In this document: positions 1 through 10,827 of the stretch, one piece after another
How the letters are laid out: each line of letters begins with the position of its first letter
How positions within the stretch are numbered: the stretch's first letter is position 1
Virus record (IMG/VR): IMGVR_UViG_2595698914_000001
Location: 103,293-167,292 of that record
Length of the DNA stretch: 64,000 nucleotides
Direction: 5' to 3' (one strand)
Source of the DNA: a virus
Taxonomy: Duplodnaviria; Caudoviricetes
Translations under genes and position numbers: made by a program
The notes under the pieces: generated by a model
Database searches by the model: none
The model's input: the letters and a program-made list of their open reading frames with translations, nothing else
Told to the model about the DNA's origin: nothing

Positions 1-117
1 GTTCGAGGAAATACATGAATTAATAAATACAGCATTGACCTGTGCAATACCAACATTGTATAGGCGTACATTACCAGATACCGTTTTATATAAAGATAAT
101 GGTATTTATGAGTTACG

Positions 118-1707
118 TTGGAGAAGAGAAACATGCAGCTAGTCAAACCGGTTCTGGTATTTGATATACCTGTTACCAATGCGGAGATAGAAGTTTTATA
201 CGAACGTAATGATGAAATGATACTAGTAGATGTTCACGATATGTTATGTGGTAATTTAAGAGAAGACAATTCCTACTTTAATGGTAACGTAACATACGAT
301 GATGTTTATCGTCTCACATTATCTAAAATACGTTCGCTAATGGAAAACGTTAATTTTACTACATTATCAGGTATCAATCTAAAATCAGACAAGTTCATCT
401 TATACGCACAATAGGAGAATGAAGTAATGGCATTAAGAGCAATCGTTAGAATATCTGTAAGGTCAAATACATTACCTTCTGATTTTTACGATATTAACAT
501 TCACGTAAAGAACATAAACGAGGGTTTACGACCAAACAATACAGAACTCTTTCTAATGTCACTTTTACGTGATGTTGAAAGTGCTATGTCTGTTTACGGT
601 CAGGTCTCTAGGGTAGAGTGGTTAGGTACTAGTGATGGTGGTTTTATTGAGTTAGGTTTATACTGGGAGTGAACAATGGATAAGGCTTTTTATATTGTAG
701 CTCTAGATAAAGAAGACTTAAGTGAGACTGAAAAATATTTCGCTATTATGGTAGCCGCTCACGTATTATACGCATTAGAACACTATGGATATGAATACGG
801 TGACATTGAATTTCACAACAACGCTATAAATTTCTATGTCGATAATGAGTTATACTTTAATCGTGCAGATGACGAGATATTAGATGAACTGTCTCATCAA
901 GACCTACAGAGAATAAAAACTGTTGTCGGTGAGGTCTTATGTAGGATACGCAAACAGTTTGGTGATAACGAGTTAAAGCAGGAGTTCTTTGTAAATGAGT
1001 CTAGAGTAGGAGTACGTTATGTCTGATACACAGCGAGTCGTAGTTTGCTTTGAAGAAGATATAGATGCTGAACTATTCATAGATAACATCACTACGGTTA
1101 TGTCTCAGTTTCATTATGCTGAAGATATACTAGCTGATGTTAGATATCAAGACTGTTCGGTGGAAGTAACTGACACAGCTATATCTCATATAGAAAGAGC
1201 TTGTATGTTGGCCATGGAATATTACCCTGGACGTAAAGCGTTCTTTGAATCTGTGGATATAATTGATAATAAAATGGTAGCCTTTACCATAGGGGCCGAT
1301 TGAGGAGTAAGAAGATGCGAGTAGGTATAAGCATTGACGATGGTGAGTACGATATAGGTATAGGCGCTCTATTAGAACAATTAGCATCTACAAATGGATT
1401 CAATCCGACGTTAGATGTACCTTATTGTCTTGAGTACTTTGACTTCTATCAAATAGAAAACGCAAAGCAGGATTTAGTTACCGATGTATTCTATCAAGTA
1501 GTTCATGGTAGTATTCCTAATCATACTAATGAACCTGTTTTAGAATCAGCAATCGTAGCAGTAGCAGACGTAATTATTATGTCTTGTGAGAACATGAAGT
1601 TAGATAAGTCTAAGCTCCAAGGTATCGATATTATTGTGTCTGAGATATGTTCTCGGATTGTTATATGGTTCAATAAAGAGGATGTAGAATGGATACAGGT
1701 CAATTAG
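118..1707 (+). CDS. Array of five small, mostly acidic hypothetical proteins (118-414, 427-672, 676-1026, 1019-1303, 1300-1707)
   Basis: Tightly packed or overlapping co-oriented ORFs, several with GGAG-type RBS; D/E-rich; no recognisable motifs. Confidence 0.7.
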
Positions 1708-2096
1708 TAGTAAACAAAGTATACAGTATGTCTATACACCCAGAACGTTTATACGGTACTGAGTTAACAGACGTAACCTTTAAGGGGCGCGTTGATGCGT
1801 CTCTAGTATCTGTGTACGGTATAATCCCTAGCGAAGAACATCGTAAGGTTTACAGTACGTTACCAGACGGTACACCAAACAACGCTAATCAGTATTCGTG
1901 GTTAGTATTTGAAGACCTATCAGGTAATCGAATTGTTATTGGTGAACCTTGGGTCGTAGATGGTAGTGTGGTTGGTGGTGACGATATTGATGTATGGGAT
2001 ATTACCGACATCAAGGGCGATTCAGAAACACCTCTACGTATCCAACGTGCCTTATCTAGTTTAGGTATATATGAGTACACCTTAAAGAAACGTTAA
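1689..2096 (+). CDS. Jumbo-phage hypothetical protein
   Basis: 135 aa ORF; VYSTLPDGTP and IGEPWV segments recall a phiKZ-like conserved family (from memory). Confidence 0.55.
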   Translation: MDTGQLVVNKVYSMSIHPERLYGTELTDVTFKGRVDASLVSVYGIIPSEEHRKVYSTLPDGTPNNANQYSWLVFEDLSGNRIVIGEPWVVDGSVVGGDDIDVWDITDIKGDSETPLRIQRALSSLGIYEYTLKKR

Positions 2097-2163
2097 ACTT
2101 AATTTACTTATAGTCCTTTAATATGGGCTATAAGTTTAAACCGTAATAAAGAAGGATTTAATA

Positions 2164-2655
2164 ATGAGTGTTATTAGTATAAAGAATAATCAAATAGAAT
2201 ACGACAGCTCTAGTATGTCACTAATACATCTAGGTTACACATCTAATCTACGTTTCTTTAAGCGTAAGTTAGTTACACCACACACTGTAGTACTAGCAAA
2301 TAATATTTCTCTAGGTGGGATATTCTTAGATGGTATTATATCTCAAAGTTCACCATCTAAAAACTTCCTGCGTGGATTTAAGACAGTAGAAAAGATACTC
2401 AATGGTCTGATGTTATCAAATGCAGCTATGGATAGCGTTACTATGGTATTTGTAAGTGATGAAGACTGTATGGTTGTACATCGTGGCTTAACTTGGTTTG
2501 TATCTAGTGATGATTTAAAGAGTGGGTTTGAGTTTGATGTCTCTACATCGGATATAATTAATACACTACTAAATAGAGAACAACAGATGTTACGTAACAT
2601 CCTAAAAGAAGCATCTAGTAATGGTATCTGTCAGAGTAATAGAAATTCATATTAA
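2164..2655 (+). CDS. Hypothetical protein, possibly a degenerate Ntn-hydrolase paralog
   Basis: GAAGGA RBS; N-terminus MSVISIKNNQI resembles MSVIMISKDKI of the ORF at 34525. Confidence 0.5.
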   Translation: MSVISIKNNQIEYDSSSMSLIHLGYTSNLRFFKRKLVTPHTVVLANNISLGGIFLDGIISQSSPSKNFLRGFKTVEKILNGLMLSNAAMDSVTMVFVSDEDCMVVHRGLTWFVSSDDLKSGFEFDVSTSDIINTLLNREQQMLRNILKEASSNGICQSNRNSY

Positions 2656-2660
2656 AGATA

Positions 2661-2692
2661 AGTAGACCACAGCCATTTGGCTGTGGTCTACT
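2661..2692. terminator. Bidirectional intrinsic terminator
   Basis: AGTAGACCACAGCC-attt-GGCTGTGGTCTACT perfect stem between convergent genes. Confidence 0.8.
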
Positions 2693-2710
2693 ATTAGATT
2701 ACTTTTTTTC

Positions 2711-3562
2711 TTAACCGTTACCGTTCCAAGTAGAACTAGCCGCTAAGTGTTCATCTAAGATACCCACTTGTGCTGCTTCAACGTCTGCTGAAATAGTATC
2801 GAAGTACGCAGGTTTATGAATCGGATTGATTGCATTAATGTTCTGCGCTTGAAGTAATTGTGTTGCTAAGTCAACAATGTTCTGTTCACCATCGTAGATA
2901 GTATTGAACGCGATATTGTATTCTTCATTAACACGAGCATTTTGCGTATCACGAATACCTGTAACTTCAACACTATTACTAGGTAACATACAAGCACATG
3001 CCCAAGCTTTAATAGCCTTAGTATATGTTGCATTTGGTTCATAGGCAATAATGTCAAAGGTGTACTGGTCAACTAACCAATCTTCTGGAGTTTCATTAAG
3101 CTCCGCAAAGTTAGGACGTTGAGTAGTAGTATTACCAATGAACGTTTCAATGAAGTAGTTCCAGAACTTAGCATCAACTTCGTCGTAAAGTTTATCTGCT
3201 GTAAGAGCTGGAGTAATTGGACCACGAGTTACATTCGTTGGAATAGTAAGCATCTGACGGTCCCAACCTTGTGGAATCTGAGCAGTTTCAATCTCAAGTA
3301 CCTGATTAAAACCATCCCATACACGAGGATGTACTTCAATTAAACGTTTTAACGCAGCAGTTAACTTATCACCCTGCGGGTGTAATTTAAAAGCTTTAGG
3401 TGGACGAGTTAAGTGGATGAATAACGGATTTTTAACATACGGAGTATTGTTAGCAAGCGCTTGTAAATTAAACGCTAATCCATTACCACCTACTTTACTT
3501 AAATCAAGTTCGCCTGTGTCCGGACGGATAGCGTCTTGAGTTCTTAATGTTGGAGTTGCCAT
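2711..3562 (-). CDS. Tail tube protein (phiKZ gp30-like)
   Basis: 283 aa, directly downstream of the sheath gene; size and synteny match the phiKZ sheath-tube pair. Confidence 0.7.
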   Translation of the reverse strand: MATPTLRTQDAIRPDTGELDLSKVGGNGLAFNLQALANNTPYVKNPLFIHLTRPPKAFKLHPQGDKLTAALKRLIEVHPRVWDGFNQVLEIETAQIPQGWDRQMLTIPTNVTRGPITPALTADKLYDEVDAKFWNYFIETFIGNTTTQRPNFAELNETPEDWLVDQYTFDIIAYEPNATYTKAIKAWACACMLPSNSVEVTGIRDTQNARVNEEYNIAFNTIYDGEQNIVDLATQLLQAQNINAINPIHKPAYFDTISADVEAAQVGILDEHLAASSTWNGNG

Positions 3563-3569
3563 AGTTTAA

Positions 3570-5648
3570 TTACTCCTCGCTATAGGCGCTGTTGATTTGA
3601 ATGGTATTAACTGTACGCATACCTTCACCGGTTGTATGAGCAACCGTAGTCCATGCGTAACCAGCGTCGTTATCTTCAGGTGTAATCTGAGTTTCAGGTA
3701 CAACTTGTACTTTAGACTTATCAATACCTTTGGTGTAAGTACGGATTAAATCATCTGAATCTTGGATAAGAACGCCCGGCGACATACTACGACCAACAAA
3801 GTGAGTGTTTGTACGAATACAAGCCCAAGTTGCATGGATAGTACCACCAACAGTAACAACACTATTAAGTACAGAACTTTCGTTACGGTGTACAGTTTGT
3901 AGACCAGAGTAGATGATTTCATTTACGTCTGAGTATTCTACTGCAATCGCTTGATTACCCCACATTTCTTCACGTACTGGTAACGCAGCATACTGATAGT
4001 TAAGTAACGTATGTTTAATAACGTTATTTGGATAAGTATCAATTGCTTTGTTAGTAACCCATACCTGATCGCTAGAACCCCAATACTCAGCCATCTTACT
4101 AGCTAAGTCGTAATTAAGAGTAGTAGCATGAGTCCATGCACTATTAGGGTCAGTAGCTGCTAGTTGAATTGCCCAAGGACAAATACTACCACGAGTCGAT
4201 TCTGTCTTATAGATAGTTGACTCAGGGTAAAGACCAGCGTTAGCTGCTAAGGTAGAGATAGTCGCAAGTTCATCAAGTAGTGACATTGGGGTATCACCGT
4301 GTACGTGTGTACCAATACCAACGAATACTTCAGGACGCTTAGCCATCAACGATTGTAACTTCTTCTTAACATCAACAGAGAAACCACTATCCATAATGTA
4401 ATGGAAAGGGTAACGTTTCATATCGTTAAGAGTAATACCATTACCAAACGTGTCGCACATAACACCAACAGCTTCTTCGAATGGAGTAATAGATGTCATG
4501 TCACCATCATTACCATTACCCATTTTGAATGAAGAAGAAGAACCTGGAACGTAAGTTTCATTTTCCATTTCTGATGTAGCAGCCATTACGATAGTACTGT
4601 AAGGGATGTTGTTATGGTCAGTATCACCGAACAAGTTAATGCTGTGGATATTTGACTCATCAAAGAACGCTGGACTACCTACAGTTTCATCGCTTTCAGA
4701 AGCATGTAGTAAACCAAGAACTAATTCGATGTTAGCTTGATAAATATAGAAACCATCAACAGGACCTGTAACGTTCGCACCGTTGTACGGTTGTCCATCA
4801 AGAATGTACTGCTTCTTGTAGTTATCCGTTAATGAAATACGAGCATCTTTAGAACTCTTAGCACCTACTGCTAAAGCAAAGTCCATTGTTTCACTTGATA
4901 ACTGAGTGTACCAAGGAGTAGATGTACCACCACCTAATGGTGTTTCAGTTACACTGAAACGATAAATCATGTTACCGAGGCTTTCAATAGATGTTGAATC
5001 TACTGGAACTGCATCGAATGATTTAGGTTGATGAATGTTAAGGTTGAAGCGATCGCCGCGTGTACCAAAGTGAGTTGCTTCAAAATCGATAAGTGGAAGT
5101 ACTCTAGAAGTCTCACCATCTTTACCAGTTAATGTACCAACTGATTCAGAACCGTCACCTTTAACAAAAGTCTCATCTGCACGGTCAAAACGCAAACGTA
5201 CTTTATAACCATCAATTGTTGCAGGTACTGCTGGTACTAAATCACCTTGAGCATCAGTAAGGAACTTACCGTCTGAACCACGTTCATATTGTGGTACATC
5301 ATGTGCTACGAATTCAATACTAAGACGACCCGCAGAGCGAGCCATGTTCGGTAATTCCATACGCATCAAGAAATGACGAATCGCTTTTTGTTGATACATT
5401 TTGGCGAAAAGATTTGCATGGTTGAAGTAAGGACCGTTAACATCCCATGTATCGCTACCGAAAATACTTTCAAACTCATCACCTGCAATTAGGAATGCGT
5501 CGTCAACACTACCCCATGCTGCACGGATTGGTGTGAGTGGACAGAATAGTGGAGTTACCACCCCACCGCCTTGAATACCAGCTTTAGGAGTATCTTTATA
5601 CCCCGTAAACTTCATATCAGGGGTGGAATTTTGATATAGTTGTACCAT
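3570..5648 (-). CDS. Contractile tail sheath protein (phiKZ gp29-like)
   Basis: 692 aa; FESIFGSDTWD...YFNHAN and YPFHYIMDSGF segments typical of phiKZ-like sheaths; divergent from the structural/terminase block. Confidence 0.8.
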   Translation of the reverse strand: MVQLYQNSTPDMKFTGYKDTPKAGIQGGGVVTPLFCPLTPIRAAWGSVDDAFLIAGDEFESIFGSDTWDVNGPYFNHANLFAKMYQQKAIRHFLMRMELPNMARSAGRLSIEFVAHDVPQYERGSDGKFLTDAQGDLVPAVPATIDGYKVRLRFDRADETFVKGDGSESVGTLTGKDGETSRVLPLIDFEATHFGTRGDRFNLNIHQPKSFDAVPVDSTSIESLGNMIYRFSVTETPLGGGTSTPWYTQLSSETMDFALAVGAKSSKDARISLTDNYKKQYILDGQPYNGANVTGPVDGFYIYQANIELVLGLLHASESDETVGSPAFFDESNIHSINLFGDTDHNNIPYSTIVMAATSEMENETYVPGSSSSFKMGNGNDGDMTSITPFEEAVGVMCDTFGNGITLNDMKRYPFHYIMDSGFSVDVKKKLQSLMAKRPEVFVGIGTHVHGDTPMSLLDELATISTLAANAGLYPESTIYKTESTRGSICPWAIQLAATDPNSAWTHATTLNYDLASKMAEYWGSSDQVWVTNKAIDTYPNNVIKHTLLNYQYAALPVREEMWGNQAIAVEYSDVNEIIYSGLQTVHRNESSVLNSVVTVGGTIHATWACIRTNTHFVGRSMSPGVLIQDSDDLIRTYTKGIDKSKVQVVPETQITPEDNDAGYAWTTVAHTTGEGMRTVNTIQINSAYSEE

Positions 5649-5776
5649 AATTTAACACCTTAAGGTTATTAATGAAATAGCTTGTTTATACCATTAAACA
5701 AGGCTACAGTTGCAATTGCAAGTCGTATGTAGTCATACAATTTACAGTTTAAGCTAATTATAAGGGCAAGACCAAA

Positions 5777-6682
5777 ATGATTAAATATAACCAGACCCGA
5801 ATGGGACAGAGCTACAATCAGTACATAAGTCAGTATCTTGAAGGCTTAGCCCGTGGAGTTTTTGACACACACGTTTTAAATGAGACCACGTTATTAGGTT
5901 TAAACCAAAGAAAAGGTGAATTACCTAAAACTAATCTACCATATGTTGTGTCACACGATGCTGAATTTAACACACATAACAAAACAATAGTCTTAGCGGA
6001 CTCATCAGGACTTCGTGGTGGCGAAGCAGACTTACGTTACACCAACATGATTTTAACTGGTTTGTGGGAAGACCCACACATCAATGAAACATTTACTATC
6101 ACTCGTAAGTTTGCAGCTAAAGCATACATGCAGTGGATTAGCCGTAATCTATTAACACGTTTTAATTTAAACTATGAAGATAGTAGCGAGTTAAATGTTT
6201 TAAGTGCAATTTACTATTACTGTTCTACAGGTACACCAGCAGACATACTTAACAAGCGTAATTATAAAGCCTACGCAGACTTAGGTGAAATTACTAACAT
6301 TGGTGTAGTTCGCGTAACAGAAGTTATTAGTAAGTTTGAAATTACAGATATAGATGAAACGTTTACATTTAACCATATGGTTAATTTAATGCGCAACATC
6401 AGTGATGATACTAAAGGTAAGATTACGCCTGAAGTTATCATGAGTACATTAGCCCATTCGTGGTACGGTGAAGGTGGTGTATTCTACTGTAACCTTGCAA
6501 TTGAGTATCCACCTATGTTCCTAAGTATGCTTTACTATGCTTTAGTTGAAAAGTCTTACATTAGTACACGCTTCGGTAAAATTGTTTCTGAATTTGCTGT
6601 GGGTCGTAAGAGTAATATCGGTGAATTATTCACTAGACAACTTCACGGTATTATTAAAGATTCAAAAATCAAACCCGCATAA
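5777..6682 (+). CDS. Virion structural protein (phiKZ gp28-like position)
   Basis: 301 aa; synteny between sheath and terminase; AIEYPPMF motif. Confidence 0.55.
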   Translation: MIKYNQTRMGQSYNQYISQYLEGLARGVFDTHVLNETTLLGLNQRKGELPKTNLPYVVSHDAEFNTHNKTIVLADSSGLRGGEADLRYTNMILTGLWEDPHINETFTITRKFAAKAYMQWISRNLLTRFNLNYEDSSELNVLSAIYYYCSTGTPADILNKRNYKAYADLGEITNIGVVRVTEVISKFEITDIDETFTFNHMVNLMRNISDDTKGKITPEVIMSTLAHSWYGEGGVFYCNLAIEYPPMFLSMLYYALVEKSYISTRFGKIVSEFAVGRKSNIGELFTRQLHGIIKDSKIKPA

Positions 6683-9088
6683 GTGAGTAACATTATGATA
6701 TTAGATGAACATCTTAGTTTACTAAGAGATAAATTCGTTCGCTCTAGCTGGTCTAATCCAAGTCTAGAAACTAATATCAGTATCACTCCAACATTAATTA
6801 ATGTTAAGTTCCCTACGTATGGATCGTTTAAGTTCATGCGTAGACACATTAATCTACCAACAGAAAATACAGCTTACGATATATACTCACTTAAAGAACT
6901 ATCTGTGGAAGTATTTCGTAATCACGTTCAACATGTTGGTTCTTGGAGTAGTTTAGTAGACTTCTGTACTGCTAATAACGTACTGATATTTTTAAGTTAC
7001 TTGGATGAAGTATATTCGGGTATTTATAGTCAATCACACATCATGTACTTACCAAATGGGACTGTTATCTTAGCCGTACCCTCGGCTAAGCGTAATTTAC
7101 GTAATAGTCTTAGTTTGTATATACGTAGTAGTAATGACTCATTAGAAACCGATATAGACGTTGAAGAAGTTTACCTCAGTACGCCTATAAAAGTAACTAC
7201 TTGGTTAAGTAATTACAATTCGGATTCAGGTAAAGACTTAAAGCAGTATTTAGTGGATGGTGTTTATCGAACAGATATCAACGCTAAAACTATTAAGTTA
7301 GGTTCTTATGTAACAACAATAACTGATACTAGTACTAAGTTATGTACAGACAAACCGTTATCAGATATAGAAGCCTATACACATGACGGAACTAATTATT
7401 ATTTAATCTCGCTAAGTGAAGACTTAACTAATATTATTTATTCCAGATATGACTCAGTTCTATACTTAGTTAAAGACGGTATTGGTAAACGTTTAGTTAT
7501 GAAGGACGATAGTGTAGTTCAAATAACTGATAATGAAATAGGGTTATCTGCTACTATAGTGGAATCTACATTATCTAATTTGGGTTGGACCGAAGGTCAG
7601 GTTACGTTGCGAGTCTATACTAAGGAAGGAATACCTAGTCAGAACTTTGTTAACAATGATAATTTCTGGTACAGTTTACAACAACTACCTTACTACTTAA
7701 GAAAACAGGCTTTATTAGGTGCTATAAACGCCCCCAATGTAATCTACGCCCATAACTATCATCTAAATGATTACAACGTAGGTTTAGACTTAGAGTACGA
7801 GGATATCACTCCTGAGACTCTTAGTGATATATTGTCTGTTGCTACTTGGGACTTCAATGTTAACCGTACGATGGTAACTGGTCAAACTTACAATACCAAT
7901 CTAACAGATATACCATCGGCTCCAGTTGATAATAAAGTTATTTGTTGCTATAAAGATGGTTTGGTATGTGAGTTCTTCCCTATACTCAGAGAAGAGGATG
8001 TTAGTCATCTCAAGATAGGTTACGATAAGGAAACAGTAGTTGTTAACTCTCATACAGTAGATGCTAGTTTATTTACATTACCTGCTGTTTATTCTAAAGT
8101 TAATGATGAATTTACCTTACTATTGCCTGGTGATGACTATTCCATTATAAGTGGTAATATTGAAACTAAAGTTAGTTATAAAGACGTTTACGTTATTGAA
8201 CTAATGTCTACTACTGTTGTTGACTTAGACCCAACTTTATTGATTCAAGATAGTCCTATCTCAGATGCCATTTATGGTATGGGTTACACTGCTATAGTTA
8301 TAAACTTAGGGACTGATGCTGAGGTTAGAACTTTAACACCTAATATAGATTATCATTTAATAGATGGTAAAGTAGTTATCCATTATGGGGAACCTATTGA
8401 AAGTGCTAAGTTAATTTTCCAACCAACATTAGATTCTAAGAATGTAATAGTTGAAACTGGATTTACTAGAAATGGTAGTTTAAGTATTAATGGTAGTTAT
8501 TTAGAATTAGACCCTAACAATTACTACTTCATTGTAGATGGTAAAGTAATGTTACCAAATGAGGTTGATTGGGACGTCCCTTATATCAATAGTACCAATA
8601 CCTTTGGTAATGCTAAACCATACGCAATTGTAAGAACATTACTTAGTAACTGTACGGGTGATTTAGAAACCGTAGTTAATAAGCGTAGTGAGTACGAGTC
8701 TAACTTACAGGCGATGTCGGCCTTTAAGGATATTAACTTACCTATCCCTCAAGCAGATACATCACGTTACAGTGAAGGTTATAGGTTAGTTAGTGTGTTC
8801 TTTAATTCAGTCTACAACGCTGCGTTAAGAGGAGATATTGTATATGATAGAACCTCAATCAATGCCTTAGGGTTGGATGTTCTACTGGGTGAGTATTTAT
8901 ATCTTCTGAACGATGGTATAGATATCTATAAGTTTGACTTAGAATGGAACATAATTGAACTAGTAGCTCATAACGACGGTACTCCAGTTCAAGTCACTTC
9001 TGAGCTTTATTACATGTTAGAGCGTATAAACGATTATTACTTTAATAGTAAAATCATCCTTAATAATAACTTTAGGATTACAGCATAA
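6683..9088 (+). CDS. Virion structural protein (phiKZ gp27-like position)
   Basis: 801 aa, GTG start abutting the previous stop; beta-rich composition; synteny. Confidence 0.55.
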   Translation: MSNIMILDEHLSLLRDKFVRSSWSNPSLETNISITPTLINVKFPTYGSFKFMRRHINLPTENTAYDIYSLKELSVEVFRNHVQHVGSWSSLVDFCTANNVLIFLSYLDEVYSGIYSQSHIMYLPNGTVILAVPSAKRNLRNSLSLYIRSSNDSLETDIDVEEVYLSTPIKVTTWLSNYNSDSGKDLKQYLVDGVYRTDINAKTIKLGSYVTTITDTSTKLCTDKPLSDIEAYTHDGTNYYLISLSEDLTNIIYSRYDSVLYLVKDGIGKRLVMKDDSVVQITDNEIGLSATIVESTLSNLGWTEGQVTLRVYTKEGIPSQNFVNNDNFWYSLQQLPYYLRKQALLGAINAPNVIYAHNYHLNDYNVGLDLEYEDITPETLSDILSVATWDFNVNRTMVTGQTYNTNLTDIPSAPVDNKVICCYKDGLVCEFFPILREEDVSHLKIGYDKETVVVNSHTVDASLFTLPAVYSKVNDEFTLLLPGDDYSIISGNIETKVSYKDVYVIELMSTTVVDLDPTLLIQDSPISDAIYGMGYTAIVINLGTDAEVRTLTPNIDYHLIDGKVVIHYGEPIESAKLIFQPTLDSKNVIVETGFTRNGSLSINGSYLELDPNNYYFIVDGKVMLPNEVDWDVPYINSTNTFGNAKPYAIVRTLLSNCTGDLETVVNKRSEYESNLQAMSAFKDINLPIPQADTSRYSEGYRLVSVFFNSVYNAALRGDIVYDRTSINALGLDVLLGEYLYLLNDGIDIYKFDLEWNIIELVAHNDGTPVQVTSELYYMLERINDYYFNSKIILNNNFRITA

Positions 9089-10734
9089 TGTCAGGACAAT
9101 TATATAATCCGCCAGAGTATAGTCATAATACATGGCGTAAAGAACAACTGTACACCGACCCTAATTCTGCAAATGGTATTGTTAGTGGTGGTGTAGTTCC
9201 TAATGTAAACGATACAGTAATATCTTGGTCTGGTAATATTAAGATTGAAGAACGCGTTGTTTATGTTGACCCATTAACTTCACTTAGTACACTAGAGCCA
9301 GTTGAGTTACCTAATAATGGTAACAGTGCTATGGTAGGTATTGAAGCAGGTATAGGTAATTTATCTAATGTAGCCAACTTGATTATGAATCCAATCGATT
9401 CTAAATTGAGTGCTGTAATCGATAGTCGTTTACCTATATATGGTTCAGACTTAAGTTACGTTCGTGTGTTTGAAGGTACAGACATAAGTGAGAACGGTAA
9501 AGTAATATCAGTTCGTTACGATAGTAATGGTCAAATCATAGATGATAAAGCATTAATGGTTAAAGCTGACACAGTAGATAATACTCTATTGCGTTATGTA
9601 GCTAGACCATTTAATCTGACGTATACCTTACCAGAGGATACTCTAGTGGTAGCTGTATTTTACAGTGATGCTGGTCGCGTACTCATGTGGCAAGAACTTG
9701 TAATTAAACATAGTCATATTATCGCTAATGTTCATCGTGAAGCGTTATTCATTAATAACGTTGTTTTAGAATCAGCGTATCAAAGCCCTACTAATCCTAA
9801 TGAACTTCTTATACCTAAGAACTTACTCAATGCAAGTTTTAGTCCTCGTATATTCAAAGAATATCAAAGTGGGCAACGTGAAGAAATGTTCATAGGTACA
9901 TCTAATGTAACCTTAGCTGGATGGGGTGATTACGTAACAGGTGAAGTGGGTGAGAAGTTCCCATTGGTACTATCTTATATATTAGGTAGTGGTGAATTAT
10001 CTCAGAACGTCGATTCATACACTGGTGTTCATATAACTAATCATTACAGTGTATCTGTTATTGATGGTGATACTGAAACCGAAGTTAAGATATTCGTAGT
10101 TCCTACATTCCGTAACAGTAGTTATGGTTATGAACTCAATTACTATTTGTATACTGGTGGTCGTAATTCAGCTATTGATGTAACTGATAGCGTTAATGCT
10201 AGTGAGTTCAATGGTTTATTCTACGGTGCTAAACAACAGATTGATTTCAGTCTAGACTTATCACAGTATGTAGGTTTACCTGATACAGTATTTGCAGATA
10301 GTATTGATGTGCAGTTAATGGGTCAACCTTTAGCCAACGCTACAATGTATCGTCTGTGGTACTGGCGTGACGATGAACGTTTCTATGGGGAAAATCTAAG
10401 AGCGAAGATAGTTACTAACTTTGGTACTAACACAATTAGTCTTAATAACTTCATAGGTCAGTTCTCTGAGTGGATTGATAAACTATACTATAGTTTAAGT
10501 CCGTTATACGATGCTTCTATATCAACAGAAGCTCCTGTGCCGACTCATGTGGACATAACCGTAGGCGGAACTACTATTACTATGGATGTATCTACTTATT
10601 GGAACGGTGAGCTTAACTGGAACGGTACAGTTCCAGCATCAGGTTCAAACGTTCTACTAGAATGGTACATGTACGGTGAGAATAACAATCGATTAGACCT
10701 AGCTATTTCTAATATGCCATTGGAAGTTATCTAG
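9088..10734 (+). CDS. Virion structural protein (phiKZ gp26-like position)
   Basis: 548 aa, TAATG stop-start coupling; VPNVNDTV motif; immediately upstream of terminase. Confidence 0.6.
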   Translation: MSGQLYNPPEYSHNTWRKEQLYTDPNSANGIVSGGVVPNVNDTVISWSGNIKIEERVVYVDPLTSLSTLEPVELPNNGNSAMVGIEAGIGNLSNVANLIMNPIDSKLSAVIDSRLPIYGSDLSYVRVFEGTDISENGKVISVRYDSNGQIIDDKALMVKADTVDNTLLRYVARPFNLTYTLPEDTLVVAVFYSDAGRVLMWQELVIKHSHIIANVHREALFINNVVLESAYQSPTNPNELLIPKNLLNASFSPRIFKEYQSGQREEMFIGTSNVTLAGWGDYVTGEVGEKFPLVLSYILGSGELSQNVDSYTGVHITNHYSVSVIDGDTETEVKIFVVPTFRNSSYGYELNYYLYTGGRNSAIDVTDSVNASEFNGLFYGAKQQIDFSLDLSQYVGLPDTVFADSIDVQLMGQPLANATMYRLWYWRDDERFYGENLRAKIVTNFGTNTISLNNFIGQFSEWIDKLYYSLSPLYDASISTEAPVPTHVDITVGGTTITMDVSTYWNGELNWNGTVPASGSNVLLEWYMYGENNNRLDLAISNMPLEVI

Positions 10735-10827
10735 TCTTAACTTTAATGTAGGTGGGGCTTAGGCTCCACCTTATTTATGTCCCATTAAAATATTATGTTT
10801 TTATTGACTTATTGAGAAGGAAAAGTC

